From: Marsupella aquatica
Lineage: Eukaryota; Plantae; Marchantiophyta
Reading direction: 5' to 3'
DNA length: 64,000 nucleotides
Assembly: GCA_973895155.1 (NCBI GenBank)
Contig: OZ316895.1
Span: 2,653,659-2,717,658 of the forward strand
How positions within the stretch are numbered: the first letter of the stretch is position 1; each line of letters begins with the position of its first letter. Positions 1-13,109 of the stretch are shown piece by piece. A program made the position numbers and the translations under genes. The notes beneath the pieces were generated by a model. That model made no database searches and was not told where the DNA came from. It was given only the letters and a program-made list of their open reading frames with translations.

Positions 1-169
1 TTATATTTAACAACATCTTTTCTCCTAACAACATCTTGGGTGACATGACATCTTTTCTTTTAATAACATCTTGGGCATCATGATATCTTTTCTCTTAACT
101 ACATCTTGGCCGTCACGACATCTTTTTTTTGCATGACATCTTTTGTGCAACACACAGGTATTGAGCTCG
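1..169 (+). mobile_element. 3' end of a non-autonomous Helitron-like element with an ACATCTT minisatellite (cut by the window start)
   Basis: Repeated 'acaacatcttggg..acatctttt' units as at 20060-20689, ending TGTGCAACACACAGGTATTGAGCTCG|T. This is homologous to the hairpin+CTAG|T end at 20664-20690. Confidence 0.55.
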
Positions 170-478
170 TCCTCAATAATGAGAAAATGTCATTAGCATA
201 AACACTTTGGCTTTCCTCTCTGTTTTTTTTAAGGCTTCCCTCTGTCCTGGTGTTACCCAACATCATCCTTAAATAAATCTGTTGTAGATTTCTACTAGAT
301 CAGAGAGTTAATGGCTTGTCTGAAAGGATAAAATTTATCACAAAAGAAGGCATCCGTGCCAATTGTGTGTGTTCCCTGAACAGAAGGCCAAGCTTAATTA
401 GTAAGCTTGTGGCTCCTTAGATTTAAGCATAATGCACTGGGGTTTAGATTTTTGTTTCAATGACCAAGTTTGGCACTA

Positions 479-1164
479 CCGTCTTCCCCCAAACACAACG
501 CCCAGGCACTATATTCGAATAGTGGGCCATGGGGCGTTATATTTGAATAGTGCGCCCAGGGCGTTGTGTTTGAGTTTCAACACTATGTTTTGGATTTTTT
601 TTACCTTGTGGCATTGTGTTTGAATTGTGGCGTTGTGTTTGAATAGTGGCGTTGTGTTCAAATTTAGGCATTGTGATGAATTTAGGATGTAAGCAGGAAT
701 GATAGGTATAGAATTTAGGGTGTAAGCAGGAATGAAAGGCTAATGCTTCCAGACCATTTCAGCCCTGGCCAAATCTCTGATTTCTAGTGCGTTTGCACAT
801 GGATGTAACTATTTGCAAAGTTGTCAAGTGCCATTTCAATTGAGGATGTGTGGGCAATATTGCTCCAGAAATTGCTCCTAGCATTGTTGTCAAGATGTGA
901 AGGTTATCAATAGTTTTTTGTTTACTTTGCTTATGCTTTGATTGTAATTCATGAACTTGCACTTTTTGTGTTCAATGCTGTCAAGATTAGGAAAAACTCA
1001 AACACAACCCTGAACACTCAAACACAATGCCATATTCGAACACAATGCCCGGGCGTTGTGTTAAAATGACGTTGTGTTCGAGTTAAAATTACTTTTTCTT
1101 ACCAATACTAAAAAAATTCAACTTTTGAACACAACGCCCTGGCGCTGTGTTCGGGGGAAGAGGG
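479..1164. mobile_element. MITE, Tc1/mariner(pogo)-like
   Basis: Imperfect TIRs CCGTCTTCCCCCAAACACAACGCC (479) and GGCGCTGTGTTCGGGGGAAGAGGG (ends 1164), flanked by TA at 477-478 and 1165-1166. Many internal AACACAACGCC/GGCGTTGTGTT subterminal repeats; no coding capacity. Confidence 0.65.
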
Positions 1165-3770
1165 TAGTCCTACAGGAATGCCTAATGGATATTCCCTCTT
1201 TAAATGTTGTTATTAAAAAACAATGCCCTTATTCAAATACAAGTCCTGGGCTCTCTAATACAAAAGGACCGTACCTGCGAGGAACTACCAGCCTTTTGTT
1301 GCGATTCCTTGTGTTCTTGGGATGAAGACCACATAACAGTATGATAAGTCAGCTTTCAAGTAATAATATTGTCCCTTGGACCTTTTGGCCAGAAATCTTC
1401 AGTTTCCTACCTTCAGCCATTTAGGAGGTCTCGTCCTGCTCAATGATGAAACTCGACCTTCTGGTTTTGTTCCCCTTCTCTGCTTTGGTAGGTTTTTCCT
1501 TTCCTGCACTCTTGGCCATAAGTGTTTTTTGGCCCAAAAATGTTGACATTTACTTTGTCCTCTCGAAAGATCCTCACAATTCAGAAAGACCATATATCTG
1601 AAGCAGAACGTGGGAGTAAATTATCAAGGTGTATGTAGATGAATCCGCGCTTTTATTCACTGTTGGTGCGATCTAAAAGAGTAGAGATTTCTGCAAGGTC
1701 TGGTCCTGACGAAAGCAGACACGGCCCCAAAAAAATTCCCAATCGAGGTTTTCAAGAGTACTGGCCTTCCACACTGGCCTTCCACACTAAGAACTTCCAG
1801 TCTGCATCATTTAGAAGATCTTCGGCTTAATGTACACCGAACGAGCTGGAAGCCGAAGCTAAGCAACTAGGGGCATTTCGTATTGTGCAACGAAATCACG
1901 ACTGTAGAATGAATATAGTTACCCAAGCGTATTCAAAATTGCCAGCACAGGACCCACTGCACTCTTCGTTAAATTCGCCTAAAAAAGTTAGCCTCCTTAC
2001 CACACAGCTCCACCAACATGAACAGCTCCTGAGATGTGGATCTTCCAACAGTACAGTAAGGAGCATCCAAACGAGAACCAGGCAGATGCAGATCCGGCAG
2101 AGTTCAATAAAACTGGAAATTGAGGTTCAACCCCTCAGAAAGGTCTTTCTCTACAACGACTATATCGGTAGCACAGAACATGAAGCTTCTATAGCACGGC
2201 CACTACCTGGCCTTTACTCGATTGACTCCCATTGTGAAGACTTAACACTATCCACCAGCTCGCTACCAATAGCAAGATTGGTAACTAGGTTACAACTACC
2301 ACATATTCCGACAGCTCTCTCACACAAGGGACTCAGGCACAAGCCAATATCACTGAACAGCCTTAACCAGGCACCTACCAGCCATACAGGCAATTTCCCT
2401 CTAGGTCTGAAGCTACGATCTGCCAACAATGACCTATGGCGAAGTAAACAAAAGAGGAGCTACTACGTCTCCACATCACATTGCCACTACGGGGACAATC
2501 ATTCACAGCCGTATAGCCTAAATGGCCTTCCCTACATTCTTGTTTCCACAACGTCCTGGTTACATTTATCCGCGAGCTTTATCCAGACTACTCAGCATGC
2601 TAGAGAGAACCAGCCCATCCGTACAATGTTTTTGGCTTACCAGCTACTTCTTTGTACTCCGAGTTTAATGGCAGTCGGATATGTTCTTCGGCATCCAGAT
2701 CAATCTGATTCAGTTTAAGAACTCTCACTCGGTTCCAAGCCAACATTCCTGATACTGATTCGACTTTTGAGTATCCCAACTCTTTGCCCTGTATGAGAGT
2801 TTCTTTGGACAAAACTACGGAAAGTAGCAGGGGAAGACTTGAAATTACGTCGCACAGAGAATTTCCCTGAGACAATAAGATGTTTCTGATTGGTTTAAAA
2901 GATATTGGTCCTCCGAGCAACTTCCAATTTGTTTTGTAAGCAACTCCATAAATTTCTCATTTGTCAGTTGTGGACACTAACTAGAACAAGTGCGCTACAG
3001 TAATGAATAACATCGAGACTCTCCCTCGAATTCGAGTACAATTGGCCAAACATCACCAGACTCGATGGCGGTCACTACATGAGGAGTGTCAAGGGGCCAT
3101 GACATACAAGTTTTCTGCTTCCAACTTACTGGAGTCAACTTCAACAGCAAAAAACTCAAGAGCGCACATAACTTGCGCCGTTCAATAATGTATTAAGGTC
3201 TACATTGGGTGACAAAAGTTCACTTCAGACGAAGACTCGAACTACAACTGAAGCGCTGAAAGAGCAAATAAAATCCAACACAACAAGGATGACTCTTAAG
3301 ACTGCCCAGTAAAGGAAACAGAGTATGTCAAGTATGCAGGTTTCATCAGCAACTTATTTCTGATCTAAAGAGCCTCTAATTTCCACACTAATCAGACTTA
3401 CTGAATGAATCATCGATCTTTTGACAGCCTACATTGCTAGAGAACGGAGAGCAAAAACGCTTATTTCACGAGTGAGTCGACTCAAAACTACAAGCGTGCT
3501 TGACAAAGACGCTTCACTGCGATGTTAATCCTTAATATAGTCTTCTCATTTTGTACAGTGCGGACTAATGTGGGTCAAGCTGCACTCAGCATGCCTCCTA
3601 GCTTTCCACACATGCAGGGACACTCCTCAAATTCGAAGAAACTATGAAAAAATATTACAATGAAAACTTCTGATTACAATTTGCAAAGAACCTCCCTGAA
3701 AAATGTAGGTAAGGGAATTTGATCATCTAGATACCCCAATTTCGATGTTTGAGGTATGCTTACCCAAACC

Positions 3771-5021
3771 TCACCCTAGATAGCGAAGAAGTACACCGTC
3801 GTTACCAATGATGAAACCTTTCTTGGGGTCAATGAATTTTACCGTATACAAATTTGCGCCAATGTTGTCTGCTGCTTTGTCCCGGACCCAACTTTTGCCT
3901 CCATCTAAACTCCTGAGCAGTGTTCCACTCCCTCCTACAGCCCATGCTTCCTTTGGGGTTCTGTATCCAATATCAAGAATGCCAAAACCTCTGCTAGTAA
4001 TCTTAGCTTCTTCAAAATCTTCGGTGATCCCAGTTCCTCTGCTGAAGAAAAGACCACCTCCGCGAACAAGGAGCCACAAGCCTCCGTCAGCCCTCCATCC
4101 CATGCTCTGAATTCTCCTAGCACTAGTCCTATTGTGCGGCTGCCAGTAAGGCTGGCCAGGTTCCCATGTCAGGAAGAAATTCCCACGACTGGAAACGGCG
4201 ACATATCCTCCATCAGTGGACCGATTCACCGTGTTGAATGTGCCATTATAGTAACTAGCCCCACTGATATCACTCGACAATGTCCGATTCAAGGTTGCCG
4301 AGACAGTTTCTGCAACAGCAGCCTTCCAATTGTATCCATTGTTCGATGTCACATAGATGGCTCCTTCGTCTGTCACCATTTCCGCACTCTGTTCCCCGGT
4401 GGCTTTGATAATCACTGGATTTCCGGGCAGGCGAGCACTGAGTGGCACTCTCTCCCAACTCTCTCCAGCATTCGTTGTATGAAGAAGAATTGCAGGCTTC
4501 CCAACAATCCAACCCTCTTTGCCCTGGAAACTGATCGAGTTGAGCCGGAAATTGAAATCATCCTCCCCAGTGGGAATGGTCCGTGGGATCCAAGATTTCC
4601 CTCCGTCCTTCGTCTCCAGAAGAGTCTGTCTGGTTCCCAACAGGAACCCATGCTCAGGCTCATCTGGAACAAACGCTAGGTCGACCAGGACGACTCCGGC
4701 ATCCACTGGCAAGGGGATTCGCTCCCAATCCTCAAGCTCCTCCTCCGCTATAGCAGACCCGGCGTCCAACACAGTCGATGATCCCACTAGCGCCAGAGAC
4801 AACAATCCTCCGGACACCCCACCTAGCAATTCCCTCCGCCCGAAATTGCCCTTCTCTTCATTTCCATTTCCATTTCCATTGGCAGAGGCTCTGGCCATCA
4901 GCTGGCAACCATGGCGAGAAGCAACCACATTGGCAGCTCGTGGCAGTGCACAGGCACCCAATTTCCGCGCAGCAACGGATCCGAGAGCAGCACCGACGAT
5001 CGTGGTCGAAACCGCGGCCAT
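3771..5021 (-). CDS. HCF136: Photosystem II stability/assembly factor HCF136 (Ycf48), chloroplast precursor, single exon
   Basis: Continuous ORF from ATG 5021. Ala/Ser/Arg-rich transit peptide, twin-arginine RRELL lumenal signal, BNR/Asp-box repeats (TKDGGKSW, TTNAGESW, SLDGGKSW) and Ycf48 motifs VSSRGNFFLTWEPGQPYWQPHNR and IGNDGVLLRY. Confidence 0.96.
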   Translation of the reverse strand: MAAVSTTIVGAALGSVAARKLGACALPRAANVVASRHGCQLMARASANGNGNGNEEKGNFGRRELLGGVSGGLLSLALVGSSTVLDAGSAIAEEELEDWERIPLPVDAGVVLVDLAFVPDEPEHGFLLGTRQTLLETKDGGKSWIPRTIPTGEDDFNFRLNSISFQGKEGWIVGKPAILLHTTNAGESWERVPLSARLPGNPVIIKATGEQSAEMVTDEGAIYVTSNNGYNWKAAVAETVSATLNRTLSSDISGASYYNGTFNTVNRSTDGGYVAVSSRGNFFLTWEPGQPYWQPHNRTSARRIQSMGWRADGGLWLLVRGGGLFFSRGTGITEDFEEAKITSRGFGILDIGYRTPKEAWAVGGSGTLLRSLDGGKSWVRDKAADNIGANLYTVKFIDPKKGFIIGNDGVLLRYLG

Positions 5022-6326
5022 CTCCAACAACAACAACCACTACAGCTCAAACGAAATTGATAACACAGTCCGAATGCAAAGCTCGCCTGGTTCTCTTCCC
5101 ACTACTGTAGTGGACGCTAAACCTCAGCCCCAGCGAGAGCACATTCAGCCTTTTTCCTCGCGCAGCTACGATCTTCTTCGTCCACCACAGAGGCGATTGT
5201 TTTCTCTGCTGCTGCTATTACTGTACTATGGATGAAGGGCCACTATACCGTGGATGAAGGGCGGATGGGCAATGGTAGACTCGTGGCGCGAGCGCACTGT
5301 AGATGGATGGATAGAATGACGAACCTGTTGGCAGGAACCCGGGTCCACCATGGAACCCAGCCCTTGCCACTGGGTTGGGACTGTCATTCCCCATCCCCAA
5401 CTTTCTCCATGAAACTCCATTCATATTGGGGGCATGTATCCGTGGGTGGGTGGATAGATGAACTTATTATTAAGAACCTGGTTCCCATCACTGGGGAGTG
5501 GGAGTGTCAGACCCCTGCTCCCAGATTTGGCTCCATGGAACTCCTTTCATATGAAGGACATGTCGTTTGTACCTGGAGATATGAACCTATTAGTGCGAAC
5601 CTGGTTCCCACCAGTAGGAGTGCTAGTGACAGACCCCCACTACCAGGTTTTGCTCCAAGGAACCTACTGGTAATTCACTTAGAAAAAACCCAATGTGGCA
5701 GTCTTGGGTGGCTGACTAGAAGATGTCCTTTGTCCTCCCATGGACTGTGAGTGTGTGAAGTTGGGGCTCGATAGGCTGGTGCTGTAGCATGTGTTCAATC
5801 TACTCAAAATTTGATGCATACACCTGCCTAGGGCTTAGAGGGGCTTTACAAGACCAGGGGGGGCATGTATCTCCATCCAACGCAAAGTGGAGGGCCAATT
5901 GCACACTCTGAAGTTAAAATGCCTGAACCACTAACGTGTCAGGTCTGAAGATAATAAATGCAAAGACCCTAAATAGAAGTGGCCCGGTGGTCATTTTTTT
6001 AGACCAACTGAAGAGGAGGTCTAAGTTTTTGACAAAAAAATGTGCACACTGCAGAAAAAAAGGGAATCCAGAAGGGACCCAGTGCCCCTTAGTTCATGTA
6101 AAGTGAAGTGTGGTCAGTTTCAAAATTTGAATGGCTAGGTTTGCAGCTCACACATAGGAAAGAAAGAACTGTTGCCACCGAGTTCTTGTAAAGGCCCCCT
6201 AACCTAAAGTCCTCCCCCTTGCAAGGGATATTTTCCAGCCTTTACTATTAAGGGAATCTGATTTCAGGTGAAATAAGTAAATAAGTAAGATGTTTTTCTT
6301 GACACAAAAACTTGACAAAAATCTAT

Positions 6327-6500
6327 GTATTCAGTAGTAGGTTCAAATACAATAGATGCAGGAATATATGGATGGATAGAACCCAGGTATTCGGTAGTAG
6401 GTTCAAATACGATATATGCAGGAATAGATAGATGGATAGAAGCCGGGTATTCAGTAGTAGTTTCAAATACAACGGTTGCAAGAATAGATGGATGAATAGA
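6327..6500. repeat. 60-bp tandem repeat, about 3 copies
   Basis: Unit GTATTC(A/G)GTAGTAG(G/T)TTCAAATAC...GATGGATAGA starts at 6327, 6387 and 6447. Confidence 0.9.
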
Positions 6501-9100
6501 TATAATCAAGATGGCTTTGGGTCCCACAAAGCTACACACGGTGATCCATTATAGTGCTGGGACACAGCACCTTGCAACTGTGTGATTGAATTTTTCACAA
6601 ATGCACACATGTCATGCTGCGACAGGATGTAATTTCCCTGCAAATCCAAACCACCGATTTAGAATTTAATGGTTATGGTCCATTTCTTCACTTTAGGGTT
6701 GACAATCATGACACACAAATATGCTCCACTCATGAAGTGCCTACTACTTGCCCTCTGTTTGCTCGCCACGCTGTGTATTTTCTGCTGATTCTTGCATTGG
6801 CTATCCCATGGGCTATCCCATGGGCTATCCCATATTATTTGCCAACCCACACACGTTTTGTCCATTTTGTTTGAGCCATTAAAGCATTGATAAGCTGTTG
6901 ACAATGCTTTCAGGAGATCATGAACTTTTACCCTCTATAGCAAATTAGTTTTGCCCAAACATCACAGAAAGTATTTTTCTGGTTGGTTTACCCGTAGCTC
7001 AAAATACACAAAAAAAACAAGCATCATTTTTTTAACCCAGCCAACTTGACCCCTTCCCCTTCATGAACATGATCCAATGTAATTCACATGGCTCAAAAAC
7101 TTTTGCAAAATACCATACAAGAAGGGCCTGATGTGTGTTGTTGCAAGGTGTCACCCAGCACTACGTAGAGATTTGTTAGATTTAGGTGTAAATGGCCAGT
7201 TTCCCACCAAGGTTCATTTGTCACAATCTGACTGCTCTCCTTAAATCTAGGGAGATCTAACAGTCATATAAATCCAATAAACATATACAAGCAATATTTT
7301 TATTACTATCTCCTCCGTTAACACAAGGGAGCGCACTCACCACCCCCGGAAAATTTCAAAAATCCTTAAAAAAAAATTCGCCCTGGTTCCATGGATGTGT
7401 ATTTGGGAGTGGGGGCCGGACCGCCCCCGTTCCACCGAAAGGAGCCCGGTTCCATGGCAGGCCCAGGTACCCGCCAATGGGTACATCCGTTCGAACAAGT
7501 CACTTGAGCGTTTGGTTGATTTGATCTCAGGCAGTGGATGATTACCTCAGCGGAGAGTACCGGGGTTGCCCCTCCCGCGCGACACACAACTTTGAAAAGA
7601 TAGCTTGAACGTAGGCGTATTAAATGATCCCGCTCCCTGCGTGCGTCAGACCGTCGTTGATCTCCCTCCCTCGGACGCCCTTTGTGTGTTCATCGATGCT
7701 CTCGCTCGACACGGTAATGGCCGCATCTCGGGGGAGCTGCCTGTTCCCTCTGCGCTCCTCACTCACCTCCTGTCAATTTTAAAATTTCTTCTCTGTCCGT
7801 CATCATCCCTCGTGTGAGCGTGTCATGCCCAATCCTCCCGCCACGAGATCCCTTTTACCCGCCATTCAGTCAACGGCTTCCTACGTTCAGTGGTACTGTA
7901 GGTGAATTCCATTGAAAGCATCGTTTCTTTGTGTATATATGGTGCTCTCCCGTTGCTATTGTCCCTCCCGCTGCAGTAAGTTGACCCCTTCCGCTGCTGA
8001 AGGATTTGGCCATCCCACTCCATTATTATCTCCCTAGAGCTGCATTTGTCTCCGTGCTCATCTTACTTTGCTGCTTTGCGCTCCTCTCCTCCTCCAGAAG
8101 CGTGAAGGTTACAGATTCTTGTGTTCATCCTCCGTTCGGTGGTGATCCTTTGGTTTTTCTGCTCTGTTTTGCATGACGGATTTGTTGATGAGCATCCATG
8201 TGCGCTGAGCCATTCTCTTGATTCGTGTACTTTTTTCCCCCTTTGCAATTGGCCGATATTCATACCCCTGCATCCTGAGAGTTTTGCATTATTTTCTGCC
8301 GCTTGATGCAATGTAGAAATCTGTCTGCGTCTTTGTTGTCCGCTGTTTGGTGGTTCTGCCTCTCAACTCTCTGTGTGGTGCGTAAATTTTCGTGTGCTTC
8401 TCCTTTCAGTGGTTACCTGTCCAATCGCCTGTGTAGTCAGCTCACCAATCCTTGATGATTCACGATAACTAGGTCTCCTTCAAATCTGTGCCGCATTGTT
8501 TCCGGGCTAGATTTCCTTTGCTTCTGATCAGTGGTCTTGCTCTTCATCTCCATCCCTTGATCCACTGCTCGCTTAGATTTATTCTTTTTAGAGTCTGTTT
8601 GTCATTCAAGGATTTCGTTTTCAGCAGCATTCTTATCACCAGTGCAACACCATTGTCGTCAGACAACAACTTGTCTTCGTTTCCTTTTGTTTGGGACGTA
8701 ATAAATCAATTGGCGATTCCATTTTCTGCCTGACCTACTGGTTGGCCTTCTCCTTCTTCCGAATCCTGAGTGATCTTTTACGTTGAAGTCTCTATATGCA
8801 TCCTTCGTAAAGTGATGTTCTAAAACAACGTTTTTAAGTTTTAAGTCGAGTTCTTTACAGGCGAAGAAGGGCCTCTTGCCCGTTACTGTGGATTGATCCG
8901 AGTTAGCTGTAAAGCAGTGACTCTCGTGACCTCCGATTTTCTGTTCTCTGCAAGGGGAGTTTCTCAAATCTGTTACAAGAGTTATACAGGGCAGTATGGG
9001 GTTCTAGCCAAGGTAGTACTCTGCGCACGATTCGCACCACAGGTGCGGAAGGTATTAGATCGATAGATTTTATATCATCCGTGTCCGCATTATTCCCAAA

Positions 9101-12100
9101 ATGCGGGTGGAAGTTCAAGTGCCTCTTGTGTTGCGGCCCTCGAAAATCCGACGCAGTGAAACTGGGGAGCATTGTAGCAGCAGCACTGAGCTGTCGGGTT
9201 GCGAATGGGATCGTGGTGGAGGAATAAGAGGAAGCCCTCCTAGCGAGATTGGTATTGCTGCAAGTTGCGGTAGGAATGACGAGTTATCACACCACCTCCC
9301 TCCAGAGGCGGAAGGGACGATTGAGATGGAGATAGAAGGGGCACGGGCCCAATCATCCTACAACCGAAAGGATAAATCCCTCGGCCTCCTGTGCGAAAAG
9401 TACGTACCAAAAATCCTAGTCTTTCTCTAAAACTTTGCATGGTATCGAGTTTTAGCTGCGAGTATGTTTTGCGCATGTTAGTCTTAATAATCATTCAACC
9501 AGTCCTAGGTTTGGTCCCTCGGTGTCTGTTTGCATAATGGTCGAGTGCTGTGACGTGAGCGGGCTGAACTTTTGAGCATGGAGCTGACATTGGTTGTGTA
9601 TTGACAGCTTCTTAAATCTGTACGGGAATGAAAGCGGAGAGTGCATTAGTCTCGACGAAGCAGCCACCCGACTCGGTGAGTTGGTTTCCTCCTCGATTGG
9701 CGGTTGTTAGTTCGATCAGCCGAATTCCTGCTTGTCCTGAAGTGTCCTCTTTTCCATGTACAAACTCTGAAGTTATCGCACATTACAGCGTAGCTTTTAT
9801 CAGCTTATTGCCGCTCGCATTTAAGGTTCCAGGTTCTGTAAGCATTTATTAGCCATTGTCTCGAAGTTCGAAGTGCATGCATGTGTTTATCATAGGCGAT
9901 CCTACAGTGGACGGCGAGTTCCTTCGATTGCGCGCAGGAAACTTTCATCCCAATGAGGCTCTTACACTCAACTTTACTACTAATCTCAGGTGTCGAAAGG
10001 AGGCGGATTTATGACATTGTAAACGTTCTCGAAAGTATGGAGGTAATAATCTACGCCGAAGACTAAAGCTGCCTTTCTGGTGATTCTCCGTGCCTCGTGA
10101 CATGTTCAGCATTCATCTCCGTTTTGCGCGTCGGAATTGATCTCGCCTTACCATTTGTTGCAGATTCTGGTAAGGAAGGCCAAGAACCGATACACGTGGC
10201 ATGGGTTCGACCGGCTCCCTCAAGCGTTGCAAGCAATGAAGGTACCTTATTGCATGCGGTTCCATTCCGAAACAGCAGTGCATCACTTCGCGGTGGTTTT
10301 CATTGTTATGTTCGTCTACCTATGTCCAAATTGGTCATCACAGTGGTTGCATAGGCAATTTGACGAGCTCGTTTATCTTGCTCGCTGTTATAACGTTTTA
10401 CAATACCTTGCAGGAGACCGCTTTTCGCGAGTATGGCCACAATGGCTTCAGAGGAACTGCACCCGCATCGGAAAACAAAGAGGTATGGCCACAGGCACGT
10501 TAAGAATCATCGCCTGCGAACAGTTTCGTTTCTGAACTACCCCCCTCTTTGCAGTTGCAGTGTCTATCTATGAGATGCCAATTCTCAGTCCTGCGGCAAG
10601 ATAGCCCCGGCAAAATTTCCCTAGAAGCCCCCCGATTCGCCTTTAACAGCATACATGTAGTTCCCAGTTTTGGTCATTCTATAACGCCAATGAATGGACG
10701 ATTCCTTTTTTGAGGCACCGAAAGGGTTCAAAAGGGCTTCGGTCCGAGGGCGTTCACGCACAGCCAAGATGCACCCTTTGCGATTGACAATTAAAGTGAA
10801 TTTCTCGACGTTGTTCAGCCGCAGGAGTTGGGCTCATCTGACGACGAGAAGCAAGTTGGCGCGAAATTCAAAATGATGGGGTCCTGTATATCCGTTGAGG
10901 GCGACCGGTGCTTGAGACCTTTGGACGGGAACAGTCCCATATCTGTTCTGTCAGGGGTGGCCGAGTCCCAGTTTGAGTCGGACCGCACCACAAACGAAGC
11001 TAGACAACCGATTCGGAATCAACGGAACCGCATGTCTAAAGAGAAAGCAGGTACTGTACTCCGGATGTTCTTTGCCTGGACCCCACGTATCTGGTCTACA
11101 AAAACAACAGCTGGGTTGCCATCGATGGAAATCACTAGTATTCTCCAGAACGGAATCCTGTGATTGCGTTGCATCTAATTTCTGTTGCACGACTAATTGA
11201 AATTGTACATTACCAACTGTCAGATTGCCGGCGGGAAAAGTCACTGGGCCTTCTCAGCCAGAAATTTGTCCAACTCTTCCTTGTGTCAAAGGTATCACTA
11301 GCATCCCTTCGTTGTCTGGACACGTTTTTGGTTGAATTTCGTCGATCATATTGTCTTCATTTTTGGTTTTTGATCTCAGTTTCTATCGTCGGTTGGCAGA
11401 CCCAAATTGTTTCTCTGGAGGATGCGGCTAAAATACTCCTAGGAGACTCGATCGAAGCTTGTAAGCTGAAAAGTACGTCTCTCCCAAATCTTGACTGTCA
11501 GAGGTCATGTCAACAATGAAAGAGTAGATGTAGTTGCCTGGTATGCCTTAGTCTCCGCTCAAGTTCAGTCATTCTCCTATGCGTCGTGAGAATCGCTTGC
11601 CGACATTATAACTGACGTCCTCCGTGTCCTTACAGCCAAAGTAAGGCGTCTGTATGACATTGCGAACATTCTGTCGTCTCTGCAACTTATTGAGAAGGTA
11701 AGCTCCTATTCTCCGGTATGGGCAATTCCCACTCGTGCCATTTCGAGATTGTATTCTCGACATTTTCAATTCCCATTCGTGCCATTTCGACATTGTATTC
11801 TCGACATTTTACGCAATATTACAGATTATAATTTCCACTCCACAATATTGCAGACCCACATGACCGAGAACAGGAAGCCAGCTTTCAGATGGCTTGGTAC
11901 TACTGAAGGTAGGTGATTCTTTTCAGATGTTCCCTCAGGCAGTCCTGGAGTTGTTTTGTGCTTCTCTTCTTCCTTCATCATCGCTTACATTTGCGAGGCT
12001 CCCCCAGCCATTTGTGCTGTCTATCTCATTCCATTGTTCTGGTTGCACGGACTCTAACCAGACGAATTTTTGCAGGTGAAAGCTCGACGAAGCGGATCTT

Positions 12101-13109
12101 CGGCACTCACAGATTGGCAACCAATGCCGGTTCCTGTCCTTCTAAAGAAAGACGGGGCCTGAAGAGGGCAAACACTGGAGGGTACACGGCAGTTCCAGCC
12201 CAAACTACTGCCTACAAGAGACAAAATGGGAAGCAAGTGCAAGCTCCTGAAGCTCGCGAGCCTATCAACAAGCCAGTTCCAGTGTACCCTTCAACTCTAC
12301 CGGATCTTCGCCCAGTTCACGAGGTCTCAGCACCGGCACCGATCTCCAGGGGGCTCTCAAAAGGTGTCATACTCGGTCCAATTGGCGGATGGAGAGAGTG
12401 GAATGAAACACAAGCAAGCAGTCCTGATAAGCAGCAACAACCTGCAAAAGCTGCATCTCCTCAAGAAATGAAGGGTGTACCTTCATCTGTTGCGAGCACG
12501 TCAGCAATGAGCCCGGTCACCTTGAACTTCCTGGGTGGTTGTGCACAAGCGGGTGCCGTCGAAGCGTTCCCATTGATTGCAACACATCCAGGATTGTGCT
12601 TTCCTCTGTGGCCGTTCCAAGCAATGCGGCAGCTGATGACGGGGATCCCCTTCTCTCAATCCCCGTCGGATTGGGCCAAAAATTTTGAAGGACTGTTTAC
12701 AGCGGCTGATCGTACTCCCTTAGATTGGGCCAAAAATCTGGAAGGAATTTTTACAGCTGCGGCAATGCAATACCAAAATGAAGGTAGAGTCAGACTCATC
12801 TCTGGTTGCTAGACAACCCGCGTGTCTCTCATCACCATTTTCCTTTGTATCCAGAGTTGAGGGCATTTGTAGTTTACTTCGTGGCTTTGTAGGAAGGTTA
12901 ATAGCCGATGTCAACCGCTTCAAGCTGGTCTTTTGCTTCTGTCTTGTTTGACTTTTGGCGCAACGTTATTGACCAATAGTCTTCTTTGTGCAGCATTGGG
13001 ACAAGTTTTTTCTCACTATGTGGAACAATGGAAAGCGTGGTACACTCAAGCTACAACAGGAGGGTTTTCCCCTCCCTCGGAATCACGTCCCCCATCTTGC
13101 ACCTCCTAA
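9101..13109 (+). CDS. DEL: Atypical E2F (DP-E2F-like, DEL/E2Fd-f family) with duplicated DNA-binding domain. Exons ~9101-9399, 9608-9675, 9990-10042, 10164-10241, 10414-10482, 10825-11050, 11224-11291, 11400-11472, 11636-11697, 11854-11908, 12076-12783, 12994-13109
   Basis: GT-AG exons splice in frame. DBD1: YNRKDKSLGLLCENFL..LGVERRRIYDIVNVLES..KAKNRYTWHG. DBD2: RREKSLGLLSQKFVQLFL..KVRRLYDIANILSSL..RKPAFRWLG. DEL C-terminal motif QYQNEALGQVFSHYVEQWKAWY. Start codon uncertain (9101 or 9326). Confidence 0.92.

Noticed and set aside
1885-2920. 277-aa (+) and 106-aa (-) ORFs
   Set aside because: Non-ATG starts, no recognisable domain and no consistent exon chain.
4134-5235. Long + strand ORFs (181 and 238 aa)
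   Set aside because: Antisense shadows of HCF136.
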